64,000 nt of DNA from Eledone cirrhosa. Lineage: Eukaryota. Below, one piece after another: positions 25,963-38,697 of the stretch; the first letter of the stretch is position 1; each line of letters begins with the position of its first letter. The translations under genes and the position numbers were made by a program. The stretch lies in NCBI GenBank assembly GCA_964016885.1, contig OZ024745.1, positions 79,546,001 to 79,610,000 of the forward strand. The letters are read 5' to 3'. The notes under the pieces are model-generated. The model had not been told where the DNA came from. It saw nothing but the letters and a program-made list of their open reading frames with translations, and did not search any database.

Positions 25963-26021
25963 TTGTATAAAATGTGCATGCCTGTATATATATAAATGCA
26001 CACATATATATATATATATAT

Positions 26022-29000
26022 ATAATGAAAAATTGAACAGGGACAGAACAGAGAGGCAGTACAATAAATGTTTATTAAATTCACGCTCAGGAGAGTGGGG
26101 GGTAGGTGGGGGACGACGTTTCGGGCATAAGCCCTTCTTCAGGTGAGAAGTGTGTGGGAACAGAGTTCAAAAGGTGTGTAGGGGAGTGGTGGAGAGACAT
26201 ATAGCGAAAGGAAACGGTGCGAATGAAAAATTAACAAATAAAGACAAAAAATATAATAAATAAAAATAAAGCATGATCAAAATACAAGGAATGAGAAAAT
26301 TTGAAAATAAAGGCATGATCAAAATAAACTGAAATTAAAAGGGGGGTAAACAGGCGGTGGAAGGGTGTGAGGTGAGTAGGGGTGGTGGCGGGTGGAGTGG
26401 GGAGAGGGAGGCGGGGTGTCCGAGCGGGGAGGGCTGAAGGTGGTGTGTGTGGTTAGGTGTGCGTGTGTGTGTGTGTGTGTGTATGTGAAAGTGAGGGTTG
26501 GGGGAAGAACGGGGTTGCATGTTCAGGAAGGTGTGTGTGTGTGTGGGGGGGGGGGGGTGTTTTTGTGGGTCGAAGTGTCTGTGCGTGTGTGGATAGGGGG
26601 GTGGGGGGAGAGGAATCAGGAGGCTGAGGGTGTAAATATGTGGTGGGAAGCACGTGTGTGTGGTTTAAGCGTGTTGTGGGTGTGGGTGGCGTGTGGATAA
26701 AAAAATTTTTTTTTGGGGTGTGTGTGTGGGTGAGTTATATAGTTGATGGTGTAAGAGGATGGTTGAAAAATTGGTAAGTTTCACGGATGTTTGGAGATTT
26801 GGTTAGAAGTCAATTTCGCGTGTGGGTAATCCAAGAAGCGGTGGTCGGAAGAGGAGAGATGTGGGGTGCGCGCGCAACAGGAAGTGGTCAGCAGTGGGAG
26901 TGCTGTGGTCAGTTGGTGCAGAGAGGTGGTCGGAAGGGCATAGCAGCAGTCGGCGGAATGGTAGGGAGGCGAGGATGGGTAGGTGTGAGAGTTGGAGTGA
27001 GGAGGGTGTGTGTGTGTATTAGTAGGGGTGTTAGTGGGATGAGTGAGTGTGGAGCGGGGAGAGAAGGGTGTGTGTGGTTCTATGGAGGGAGTGTGGTGTA
27101 CTGGTGTGTGTGTAGTTTGGTGAAGAGGTGTTAGTGGGTGTTAGTATACGGGAGGTGGGGAGGGGTGGAATGCAGGTGTGAGTGGGGCTTAGTGGTGGTA
27201 GGGTGTGTAGAGTTGGTGGTGTACGAGGGTGTGTGGGTACGTGTGCGTGGGGTTGGGGGGTGTTAGTGATGTTAGTTGCGTGTGGGGTGGGTGGTGTAAG
27301 TGGGTGCGTGTGTGCGTGTGATAAGGAGGGGGGAGGAGGAGAAGAGGGGAGGGAAGGGATGTTAGTATGTTAGTTGGGGAAGGGTGGTCAGATGAGGGGT
27401 GGAGTGGAGGTGTTAGTATTGTTAGTGTGGGGTGGGCGGTGAAAAGGAGGGGTGTGTTAGTGGTGTGAGTGGGGGATAAGTGTGGGGGGAGGGGGGCGGT
27501 CGAACGCTAAAGGAATAAGGGTGGGGAGTTCAGGCCGGGGGGAGTGTGGGTCTGTAAGATGAAGATAGTGCGTTGTTCGACCGTAAGGCGATGGGCGGGT
27601 GTTCCGTGGCACTGGAGTAGGCCACAGACTGTGAGATGGCGTGCGGAGTGTCCAGGGCCACCAAAGTGGCGGGCGATGGGGGAACTGCCCCCGAGACGAA
27701 TATCACGGAGGTGCTCCGTGACTCGGTCCGCCAGGCGACGTCCCGTCTGTCCGACATAAGTCGCGCTGCACTCCGTGCAACGAAGTCCGTAGACTAGGTT
27801 GGAGGAGGTGCAGCGGAAGGCATGCCGGACCGAGAGAGAGTGGCCGTTGGGACCCTGGAAGGTGGTGGTGTTGGTGATGTGGGGACAGGTGTTGCAGCGG
27901 GGCCTAGAACAGGGGAAGGAACCGGGGGGGGGGGGAAACGGAGCGTGGGTTGGGGGGTAGGGAGCTGTGGACGAGGAGGGTGCGGAGATTGCGTGCGCGT
28001 TTGAAGGAGGGGAGTGGTGGGGTTGGGAAGATGTGGGAGGTGGAGGGGTCGGACTGGAGGCGTCGGAAGAGGCGGCGGATGGTGCGGTGGAGGGGTAAGG
28101 TGGAGGGGTGGTAGGTGATGGGGAAGGGGAGACGGTGGGTGGGTGTGCGGTGGTGTGGGGTGAGGGTGGTGGAGCGGGGGATAGCACGGGCGCGGGTGAG
28201 AGCGGTGTAGACGAGAGAGGGGGGTAACCTCTGCGGATGAAATGGCTGACTAGGGAAAGGGCCTGGGACTCGAAGTCAGCATCACGGCTACAGAGGCGGC
28301 GGATCCTGAGAAGTTGGGAGTAGGGAATGGAGAGTTTAGTGTGGGTGGGGTGGGAAGAGGTGAAGTCGAGGTAAGAGTGGGAGTCGGTGGGTTTGAAGAA
28401 GGCGGAGGTGACGAGGGAGTGGTGGGAGGGGTCGAAGGCGACGGAGATGTCTAAGAAGTGGACGTGGGTGGTGGAGATAGAGGTGGTGAAGTGGAGGGAG
28501 GGGTGGAAGGAGCAGAAGAAGGAGAGAAAGGAGTCGAGCTGTACTCGGGTGAGGGTCGTGGCTCCGATACAGTCGTCAATGTAACGACCGTACAGTTCGG
28601 GCGTGGGGCCGGTGTACTGGGCAAAGATTTGGGCCTCAACATGGCCAACAAAAAGGTTGGCATAGTTCGGGCCCATTCTTGTGCCCATGGCTACCCCCGT
28701 GACCTGTTGGTAAAACTCACCCGAGAAGGAGAAACAATTTAGGGTGAGGACCAGCTCGGCGAGGCGAAGGAGGGTGGGGGTGGAGGGAATGGGGGAGGGA
28801 CGAAGGTCGAGGTAGTGTTTGAGGGCGCGAAGGCCGTCGGCGTGGGGGATGACGGTATAGAAGGACTTGATGTCTAGGGTGAAGAGGAATGGCTGAGGGC
28901 CGGGTAGGTAGGTGAAGGAGTCAAAAAGGCGCAGGGCGTGGTTGGTGTCGGAGATGTGGGAGGGGAGGGTGGTGACAAGGGGGGCGAGGAGGGAGTCGAG

Positions 29001-29655
29001 AAAGGCGGAGATGAGTTCGGTGGGGCAGTTGCAAGCGGAGACGATGGGGCGGCCGGGGTTGTCGGGTTTGTTGAGTTTGGGGAGGAAGTAGATGGTGGGG
29101 GTGCCGGGGGTGCGGACGATGAGGTGGGAAGCGGTGGGGGGGGGGGAGGGGGAGGAGGCGATAAGGTCTTTGATGGTGGAGGAGACTAGTTGTTGGTAGA
29201 GGGGGGTGGGATCGGAGGGTAGAGGGCGGTAAAAGAGGGGGTTACAGAGCTGCCTGAGGGCTTCGGCCGTGTAGAGGTCCGCGCGCCATACCACCACGGC
29301 GCCTCCCTTGTCCGCCGGTTTGATGACGATGTCATCTCGGCTACGGAGGGAGCGGAGAGCGAGGAGTTCGCCCCGTGAGATGTTGTGCCGTTTGGAACGG
29401 TGGCGGAAGTCAAAACGATTTACTGCGCTACGGCTGGCATCGACGAAGGCGTCCAGGGTGCTAAATTGCCCTGGGGCCGGCGTCCAAGAAGATGGTCGTC
29501 GGCCCAGGGCGAGAAACGGGTCTGGGGCGTCCGGAGCCGGTGGCGTTCGGCTGAAATGTGCCTGTAGCTTAGTGCGTCGCACGAATCGCTCGACTTCCGT
29601 TCGGGTGCGGAACTCGTCGCTGAGCGGAGTGTGGGCTATGAAGCGAAGGCCTATA
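26022..29655 (-). mobile_element. Penelope-like retroelement (Neptune-type; RT + Zn linker + C-terminal GIY-YIG), 5'-truncated
   Basis: RT motifs KPADKGGAVVVW, PGRPIVS, LDIKSFYT, GVAMGTRMGPNYANLFV, RYIDD, FLD, SHP; linker CSRPRCNTC; EN VYGLRC..YVGQTGR..R..EH..HF..H..E..GLN. A long C-rich 3'UTR and pLTR with hammerhead end in (TA)n. Confidence 0.93.
27507..29655 (-). pseudogene. PLE RT/GIY-YIG ORF, 5'-truncated, with two compensating frameshifts
   Basis: The Pro/Ser-rich stretch at ~27935-28225 is an off-frame reading; the alternative frame gives FPITYHP..IRRLF..FKRARNLRTLLV. The first ~30 aa of the listed ORF come from the neighbouring LTR and flank. Confidence 0.8.
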
Positions 29656-29685
29656 GTAATAATAATAAATTTGAAGACTAAAATC

Positions 29686-31836
29686 TGTAGCGGTTGTCTC
29701 CCTTGTTTTGATTGGGATCTAGACGGGAGTTGGAACCCTTTCTGCAACTTCCGGTCAGAGCCCTATAAAACTAACAACTTTAAGCTTCCTTTCTCTCTTT
29801 GCCTTTTCGGCACCAGGTCAAGAGCCTCTCATTGGGCTCCGCCATTAATTTGGCCAACAGGCGCCTGGCCTTAGCCAGGCGTCCTCTGCCAGCCGCGTTT
29901 GCCTGGCAATCAAAACGGTAACTACTAACTTTGCTTCATTCTAACAACATCCTCATCTTTGACATGTCAAGTATACTATCTACCATTGTTAATTAAATAT
30001 TATACACACAAACCATGTCTCGTTTTGTTACATTCATACAACCCAGTAATCTCGCTATATTGGTAACCCTGACGTGATACGAACACGCAGCCGTTCATCG
30101 CTATAAGTGGTCACCCCCCCCCCAAAAAAAAAAGAAAAAAATAGCACATCTGGTTTTGTGAGTAACATTACGAATACACAGCAAATTTAGCGACAAACTA
30201 TGAAAATACTCAAGGACACGCACACACGCACATGTGGAATTCGCACAGACAGACTTTTTCTCTCACGCATCAATTAACTGTCGCATTTCACCAATATATA
30301 TATATGTTTCTCGTTTCTTACAACGAACACTTTCAAAACAAAAAAAACCAAAAACATTTCACGATATATATATATGTTTCTCGTTTCTTATAACGAACTC
30401 TTTCAAAACACACACAAAAAAAAAAAAGAAATTTGATATTCTTTAAAAAACATTTCAACAGGAACATTTATTTTCGATGAACCATTGCCTTTTTGTTCAT
30501 CGTTTTCTTCATCGTTCAAGTTTTTTGTTTTTTTCCAAAGTTCACACCAATAATTATGCTGAGTGAAGCCTTTCTTTTTCAGCATTGTCACTTTCAAAAT
30601 TGCACTATTCAAAATTGCACTATCATTTTCTCGCGCGTTAGAAATATTATTTTTTTCAACCTTGTATTGGCACGTGTAGGCAGCACAAATTCTCGATTCA
30701 CAGAGATGTCTCTACTCACAGACAGCCGCACGCCAGAGATAACATTTATCACCAGGGATTCTTCAGCCTTAAGCTATATTCTTCTATTTGCCGGTTTATA
30801 AATTTACAATGTAAATTTACCGTTGATAACCGCGCATTTATTAAGAATGCTTATTTCTCTGGTCGCTGGCCTCTTGACCCTTCCAGGTCAACGCATTCTC
30901 AACATCGACCATCAACTTCGGCTGCTATTTCTAGCACTTTGCGCAACTCATTTTTTCTAAAAAAATTTTTTTTTACTGTGAATTTAAACACCGAATACGC
31001 TCACTCAGCGAGACAACAGCAGCAGCAACAGCAATATAACAGCAACAGCAATACATCAATACAGCTTCACCAAAGCCAGAGAATTCATTTTTGCAGCACT
31101 CTTCCTGTGAGAAAATCCATTCGGAGGTTGGAAATTTCACGATATACCACATAACAGAAACCACCTGCATTCATTCTCTGGAACACACTTTCTTTCCTGC
31201 TGTCATGTGATTGCACACCTGTGAACTATATTTTGAACTTTGAGCTCTTCTATTACTTTTACTTTATTACATTGTATCTTTGGGTGATGGATAGATGGAT
31301 GTCCAGTCGTTCTCTGGCCAAGAGCGGTTGGCTACCTTGATATCTATCATTGATTTTTCCAAACATTCTTTTGTCGTAATTTTCATGCCTGTTACAACAT
31401 TCTCGCCAACTTGCTACATATTTTCATTTCGATTTTTATACACTAAAATTCTGGCGGGAGGTTATGTAGCGGTTGTCTCCCTTGTTTTGATTGGGATCTA
31501 GACGGGAGGTGGAACCCTTTCTGCAACTTCCGGTCAGAGCCCTATAAAACTAACAACTTTAAGCTTCCTTTCTCTCATTGCCTTTTCGGCACCTGGTCAA
31601 GAGCCTCACATTTGGCTCTGCCATTAATTTGGCCAACAAGCGCCTGGCCTTAGCCAGGCGTCCTCTGCCAGCCGCGTTTGCCTGGCAATCAAAACGGTAA
31701 CTACTAGCTTTGCTTCATTCTAACAACATCCTCATCTTTGACATGTCAAGTATACTATCTACCATTGTTAATTAAATATATCTACACAAACAATGTATTC
31801 CTTGTTACATTCATACAACCCAGTAATCTCGCTATA
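29686..31836 (+). mobile_element. Non-autonomous LTR retrotransposon with tRNA-Trp PBS (CsRn1/Kabuki-type signals)
   Basis: LTRs at 29686-30059 and 31465-31836 (TGTAGCG..CGCTATA); 4-bp TSD AATC (29682-29685, 31837-31840); PBS TGGTAACCCTGACGTGAT at 30061-30078; PPT GGCGGGAGG at ~31453; no recognisable coding capacity. Confidence 0.92.
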
Positions 31837-32022
31837 AATCCAAAGAGGGCTCGATAAGGATAAATATATATCAAATATATAAGAACCGTAGAGCAAATAT
31901 TTATTAAAATAACAGATTAAAGTTTAAGCAAAGAATCGCTGCTTTCACCCTTAACGGGATCTTTTGAAACTCAAAAAGGTGAAAGCAGCGATTCTTTGCT
32001 TAAACTTCAATCTGTTATTTTA

Positions 32023-32079
<57 letters not shown>

Positions 32080-32379
32080 ATTATGTCTCATATAAAATAA
32101 TACAACTGGCTATCTGCAAAATACGTATAGTTAGCACCCCAAACGTATAATTGGGATTATACTAAAGTATATCCTAATGTTTGTTGAGTGAGACGGAAGC
32201 CGGTCGGAGTATTGCTTAAAGCTTTCTCTGTTAATGTATTAAATATATATATATATATATATATAAGTTGAAATAAAATGAAAACGAAATTTCATTTCTC
32301 ACTCTTAGTACGGCACTTACTTAAATGTAAGTATGTGTGTATACGTACATACATATATGTATACAGACGTACAGTAGCA

Positions 32380-32443
<64 letters not shown>

Positions 32444-32511
32444 TGCTACTGTACGTCTGTATACATATATGTATGTACGTATAAACACATACTTATATAT
32501 ATATATATATA

Positions 32512-32625
<114 letters not shown>

Positions 32626-32865
32626 AAGTTTTATTTAAATTGTTGGGTTACAACGAGTAAATATTTATAACTGATATAAATGTATACACATGTATATATA
32701 TATATACATGTGTATGGGTGTGTATTTATGTCTGTATACACACAGAAAAAGTGATACATGCTCACACACACACATATATATATATATACACAGTTACTAA
32801 GTAAATGAATATAAATGATTGGTTGGTTTTTGATTTCTCATTATATATATATATATATATTTCTC

Positions 32866-32913
<48 letters not shown>

Positions 32914-33609
32914 CGTGTGTGTGTGTGGTGGGGCGTGTAAGTTTCTGATAAGTGGTTGAGGAAAATATTACGAGTTTGTTTCTGTCTTCCCACTCTGAGA
33001 ACAACAATTTCACAGATTTGACTGAATATCTTGAGGTAAGTCTGCATCTATTTTCTGGTTCTGTGATTGTTGTTGCTGTTGTTGTAGTAACTGTCGTAGT
33101 GTTTGTTGTTGTAGTTGTTACTGTTGCTGTTGTAGTTTAGGTCCAGATTAACTCTGATTGTGCAGACCTATGACAAAAACCTTTCAACCACAATCAACTC
33201 GTCTTCTTTTTTTTTTTTCTTCTTGAAATATTTAGGAAACCGTTAATTTATGCGTTTTTCATTAAAATATCAGGGGCGAGGTGTGATTTAAGAAGCATTT
33301 CAATGACTGGTATATCTAGCAGTAAAATACGACTAGATAGAAGCTCCCTCAGTAAATTAAAGTGTAGTAGAGTACGAGTGAAAAAATACAGTAGGAAAGA
33401 AAATTTGGGATAAAAGAGCGAGAAAGAGAATATATAAATCAAAGAGAAATGGGGAGAATGAATGAGTGCACACACACACACACATATGTATATCATCAAC
33501 TATAATAATAGGGATGAGCGTGTATCTATTTATATATTTGAAAAGTAGATGAGTGAAGAATGAAGGAGTAATGATTAAACTAGAAAACAGCGACCAGCAT
33601 TCTAAATAT

Positions 33610-34160
33610 ATAAATATATACCAGGTCCGAACACAATGGAAACAAACTTCCACTGTCACTGCCTCCATCTCTCCCGCTCTCTCCACCTTTCACTATTGTG
33701 AGCAAATAGGGGCCCACGCGCTGGCCGCCCTGAGGCCCCGGCAAACAGAATAGAGAAAACGTTTCCCCGGAGGATGGCGGGGGAGACGCGCTGCAAGAGC
33801 CATTCCAACTCACGAGCCTCATACCTGGGGGCAGCCAACTCTGTGCCGATGGTGGTGAGAGGGAGGTGGCCTCAGGGTCAAAGACACCAGAAGTTTCCAC
33901 TGCCACGGGCTCGACTGCAAACCTGTTGGAGAGCAACCGATATTTGGAGAGTTTACCCTTCTCGGCCCAAAGCGTAGAAAAGCCTGGGTTAGTCGCAGAC
34001 TACACCAAGTTGCTACAGGAGAATGTGTCGCTGCATGTGGCATCCCAGATTAGTGGTTTACCACCGCGGTCCAGCCCCGCCGACTCGAGCTGGGCGGGGA
34101 AGCCTGCAGTATCCAAGCCATTCCAGCTCACAAGCCTTATACCTGAGGGCAGCCAACTCT
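33610..34160 (-). mobile_element. CRE-like non-LTR retrotransposon, restriction-like endonuclease 3' fragment
   Basis: WDATCSDT..AEKGKLSKYRLL..FAVEPVAVETSGVF..WLLQRVSPAILRGNVFSIL across frames. Confidence 0.75.
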
Positions 34161-35131
34161 GTATATATACATTTTCTATTTGGGTTCAACGTAATCCTGT
34201 TATATAATTCTGCAAATAACACCTGATTAAATCGTCTAGCCTTGCATCGTAATCTGACGATAGGGCTGGGACATCTGAATATCTATAGTGCTTTCTCGGA
34301 ATTAAAATTCCGGCCTTCTGTTGTTTTAGTGAATACTTAATTCCGTTTCTACACCAATCACGGGATACATCATCTACGATGGTTGATTTGCTTATCGTAG
34401 AAAGAGAGTTCGTTTTTTGTTTTCCCTTTTTTCTGTGTTTTCTTCTTTTTAATGAGTTCGTATTCGCCGCCATCGGTCTGAATTGAATTTGGTGATTTGC
34501 TGTAGCTGTTACCGAGTTTGGTGTTAAACCGTGATCTCTGTTGCCACAGACGCTGTTGTTGTTTGTGTTGTGTCAGTAAGTCGGGGATCACCAGCTGTTG
34601 TGAGACGGAGAATACCGTTGCCTTTGGTTTCCTACAGAAAATGCATCCGAAGGCTGTTCCAAAAGTAAGGATCACCAATGTAGCGAGCAGGAATGTGAGT
34701 TGAGTATAGCGATGGAAGGAATTGGCTTGAGTTGTTGTTGTTCATTTGAGCGTGGCAGAGTTTGTAGTAGAGATTGTTGTTCGCTTGCTGGGTGATTATG
34801 CATGAGGTAAAAATTGTCCCACTGTGTGAAATGCCTATGAATAAACTGTGGATAGAAAAAGCTATCTCACTTACCGCTTTTCATAGGCGCCGCTAAATCC
34901 CATTGCTGGTTTCTCCTCTTCCACGTGCGTCCAACTCATTAACACCGGGAGCTGCCAAAACTCGCGTCCACACCGTTCCTGGTCACCACTAGAGAGAGAG
35001 GCCGATCTGCTGGCCCTTCCGGTCGAGCACCCTTCAGGCCAATCACCCTTCCGGTCAAGCACTCTTCCGGTCGAGCACTCCCCAGCTTCCGGCCACCGCA
35101 CGCCACACCATACCCACACGCCCCCCTGATC

Positions 35132-37990
35132 TCAGGGATCAATTTCCCCCTCGTCCTTCTGCATATGAAAGTCTGCTGTCCAGGTTGGTGGTTTGCGACT
35201 TCTTTGCGATCTCCGCAGTGTTGGGGCGGCACTTTGGGTTTCCTCTTCCTCGGCGTCCGTTGACACAGTAATTCTACGGACATCCAGGACATGACGTGGT
35301 ACCTCGTCCACGGACACATTGTTCTGGGAATTTACGGCCGTCACCGTTCCCCTTCCCAATTGAGATGTGCAACGTGCATCTGGGGGCTTAACCCAGACTT
35401 CTTCGCCCACCTGCACGAATGCACTCTCTCTCCCCACTGGCCGTTGTGGTGGCGTGCACGGGTGCCGCCACTCGTATCTGAATACTGCTCTGTGTGGCAC
35501 CGATTCCTCGACCTGTCCCACCCGAGGGGACATGTTGTACCAGAACACTGCCTCCATTGGTGAGATATGGCCCCGCTCCGCCATTGCCTTGATCATCCGG
35601 TGGTGTCGCTCCACAATTCCATTCCCGCTCGGCCTGTGCGCTGCTCTGAAGAAACGGTCCACCTTCCATCCATCAAGCATCTCCCTCAGCGCCCCCGAGC
35701 GGAACGCTGCGCTGTTGTCCATCAGCAGTTCGTCCACAGGGCCCCGCTCCAAGAACACCTCTCTCAACGTCCGCATGATTTCCTCGGCCGTTCCAGTCTT
35801 CATCTCCCTCCATATCGCCATCCGTCCTGGTCCACAGTCGACCATCGAGAGGTACGTTCCCTGTCGGTAGTGCGTTACATCCACCGCCAATCGCTTCCAG
35901 TTGCGATCCACCGGGAGGCTTCGCGTTTCGTGCACACCCGGGGCGGGATCAATGGACTGACATCGGACGCAGCCTCTAACCACCCTTTGAACACTGTGTC
36001 TGTTAACGTCCGAGTCGATTCTCCTGGCTAGGAACAGGCTCCTATCCACTCCCATGTTGTGCATGTCATGCAATCCTTTCAGATCCGACTCGGTCAGCCG
36101 ACACACGGCAGCTATCTCATCTTCTACCTCCTCCGGCGCTTCCATCCAGGCTTTCTTCACCCTAGTTAAGACGTCCGCCCTATTTTTCTCTGACGGCACG
36201 AAAACTACGCTCAGCATCAGGTCGAACTCGGTGGCCAACTCTCCTAAAGTTCCCAGGCGGCGCTTTATCAGCATCTCCGCGACCCATCTCGTTCGCACTC
36301 TCTTCTCACTGGTGAGCACTGATCTCACCCATCCGAGTACAGTAGCCGAGTCGGTGCGTATCTCGATGGTGCGCAGTCCCCACCTCAGGGCGAGGTTCAC
36401 CCCTCTCAACACTGCGTCCAGTTCGGCCACATTGATGTGGTTGCAGTCGTCCTTCTTCCTAAGCCAGGCTGCATCCTCGACCTCAACACCTCCTATCTCC
36501 AACGTGACACCCAGCGCTATGCTGCTGGCATCGCACCATACGGTCCCGCTCTGCGATTTGGGAACATACCAGCGTCCCCGCACTGGGTCGTCGGCCTTCA
36601 CCCTCCCCACGATCTCCTGCATCATGGCCACCGTCCTCTCTCCCACTCTGTCACTCCAAGTCACCTCTCCCGCTCGTCTCTTGACATAGCTGCATGCCGT
36701 CCGGAGCCACCCTGCAATCGGGTAGTGACCCACCAACTTTCCACACACCGAGAAAAGCTCCCGCCTACTCGTACTTGGGCCCAGTTCTGGAACTTCATTT
36801 CCCCTCTGGAATACCAAGACGCCCGTCATGTCTCGCCGTAGCCTAAGTCCCAGCGCGGCTCCTCCCTCCAACGCTTCTGACAGCTTCGCAGCCAGTCCAT
36901 ACCCCTGTAAATGGCTTGTGACCTCCGCCGCCGACACCACAGACTCGTCCACTAGGATGTCGTCAATGTAGGAGTTAGTGGCCCTCTTCATCTTGTCGGC
37001 CTTTCCCAGAATGGTCTTTAGGACCGTCGCTATGATCTTCGGTGCGGAGCTCAGCCCGAAACCGAGCCTGGTCAGGCAATATGTCCGGCCCTTATACCTG
37101 ACCAGCTGATACTGCCAGAGCTTCTCATCTATATGCAATTGCAAGTATGCCGACATTAGATCTACGATTGCTGAACCCCCCGTCATGCGTCTCCACTCAC
37201 GCAGGGTTTCCCCACAGACATCCGTGACCTCGCCACCCGTGTGGCATGACACGTGCTCGTTCAGCTCCCGAAAGTCCAGCACCGGCCTCACCTTGTTCTT
37301 CGTTGGTTGCGCCACCGCCATTAACGGCAATACTCCGCACTTCACCTTCTCTTTCCAGGGAAGCAGTATGCCCTCCTCAATCCATCTCTCTACCTCTCAC
37401 TCGAACTCGCTCCTACTGTTTCCCTTCAATGTGTGTTGATAGCAGCCCACTTTGGTCTTCAGTGTTGGTGGTTCTCCCTTCCAGTACCACTCAACAACCC
37501 ATCGCTGCCCATCGAACACGGCCTTGAAGTCTTTGTTCTGCACAGTGTAAGCGGGGTATTTCTCCTCGTGGGCCTTCTGGTTCTCCTGTCGCGTACTCAC
37601 AGCGCATACCGATGCAGCGCCGCCAAACGACACACCGACGTTGTTCACTGTGACGCCTCCTAGACGGCCAATTGCGTCCATGCCCATAACCACGCCGATC
37701 CCATCCACCACGTTGTCAACTACGATGGCAGAAAGCCTTATTTTCCTTCCCCGTACCGCTATCTCCACCTCGCTGCGACCTCGGCATTCAATTTTCCTGT
37801 CGACGACTGCCCTTACACTGCTCTTCCCTCTCCACTTCTGCGCCACCCCCGCGGTTACCAGTGTCGTCGTACAGCCCGTGTCCACGAGGGCTCGCTGTGC
37901 CTTTCCTCTCACGAAGACTTCCACCACGGGCAGCGCCTCTACTCGTAAGGGACAACTACCGGCGCAGTAGTTCCCCTTGGATCGTTTCCC
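35132..37990 (-). CDS. pol: Gypsy Pol (PR-RT-RNaseH-IN) in the -1 frame, with one in-frame TGA at 37397-37399
   Basis: ALVDTGC; RPVLDFRELN, VDLMSAYLQL, GFGLSSAP, YIDDILV; CDASS, AELDAV, RTDS; H..CVRC, LAVDV, MDNS, GIVERHH. ORFs 37397-37927 and 35132-37345 share a frame (EFE*EVERWIEEGILLPW). Confidence 0.9.
37933..37990 (-). promoter_or_regulatory. -1 ribosomal frameshift signal: G GGA AAC plus a predicted H-type pseudoknot
   Basis: Slippery heptamer at 37984-37990 is in the gag frame; 5-nt spacer; stem AAGGGGAACUAC/GUAGUUGUCCCUU; loop GCGCC pairs with downstream GGCGC. Confidence 0.82.
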
Positions 37991-38697
37991 TGGTCGCAGT
38001 TAGTAGCGATGTGGCCTGGTCGCTTACACCGGTAGCATATTATTTCCGGCCTTGACTCTCTACAGTCTCTAGCCATGTGCGGGCCCTGGCACCTAAAACA
38101 GCGACCTCTAAACGTTCGCGGGCGACCGCGTGCCGTGGTTGCCTCCCTTTCACCATTTCGCTGCCAGCTGTCTTGAGCCTCTGTAGTTGCTATCGCCGCG
38201 ACACTCTTCTTGGCATCTTCTGCTATGATCCGGGCTTGTTCCACCAGTGAACACATTTCCATTTCTTTGTAACCCGGGACTTGCTGCAGTTTCACCGCTA
38301 TGTCGTCTGGAAATCCATTTATGAACGCCAACCGCACCGTGCGTTCGCATTCCACCTGATATCCAGCCAATATAGCCAATCGCCGTATTTCCGCTGCGAA
38401 AATGTCAACGCGTTCACCGTTCCATCTAATTCTTGCCAGCTTAGCAAAATCGGCTAACGGTCCCCCTGCGAACGCTTCCATCATGCGCCTCTCAATCTTT
38501 TGCGCATCTCTTTGGCTGTGTTCATTCAACTCAAGGAAGAGTACCAACGCGCCCCCCTCGAGGTACAGTGCCATGAGGCCAGCCACATCTATCTTCTGTA
38601 AGCTTGCGACCAGCCGGAATTTTCGCAGCCAAGCGACAACATCGCCTTTACCGGTAAATGCCCTAATCGCTTCGCTCGTTCGTAGTCTCGTCGCCAT
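37939..38697 (-). CDS. gag: Gypsy Gag with two Zn knuckles
   Basis: 252 aa; knuckles CFRCQGPHMARDC and CYRCKRPGHIATNC. Confidence 0.9.
   Translation of the reverse strand: MATRLRTSEAIRAFTGKGDVVAWLRKFRLVASLQKIDVAGLMALYLEGGALVLFLELNEHSQRDAQKIERRMMEAFAGGPLADFAKLARIRWNGERVDIFAAEIRRLAILAGYQVECERTVRLAFINGFPDDIAVKLQQVPGYKEMEMCSLVEQARIIAEDAKKSVAAIATTEAQDSWQRNGEREATTARGRPRTFRGRCFRCQGPHMARDCRESRPEIICYRCKRPGHIATNCDQGNDPRGTTAPVVVPYE

Noticed and set aside
29655-29747. N-terminus of the 746 aa PLE ORF
   Set aside because: It reads through flank and antisense LTR sequence and is not part of the PLE protein.
37397-37399. Selenocysteine or programmed readthrough in Gypsy pol
   Set aside because: More simply a CpG transition from CGA; no SECIS was seen.
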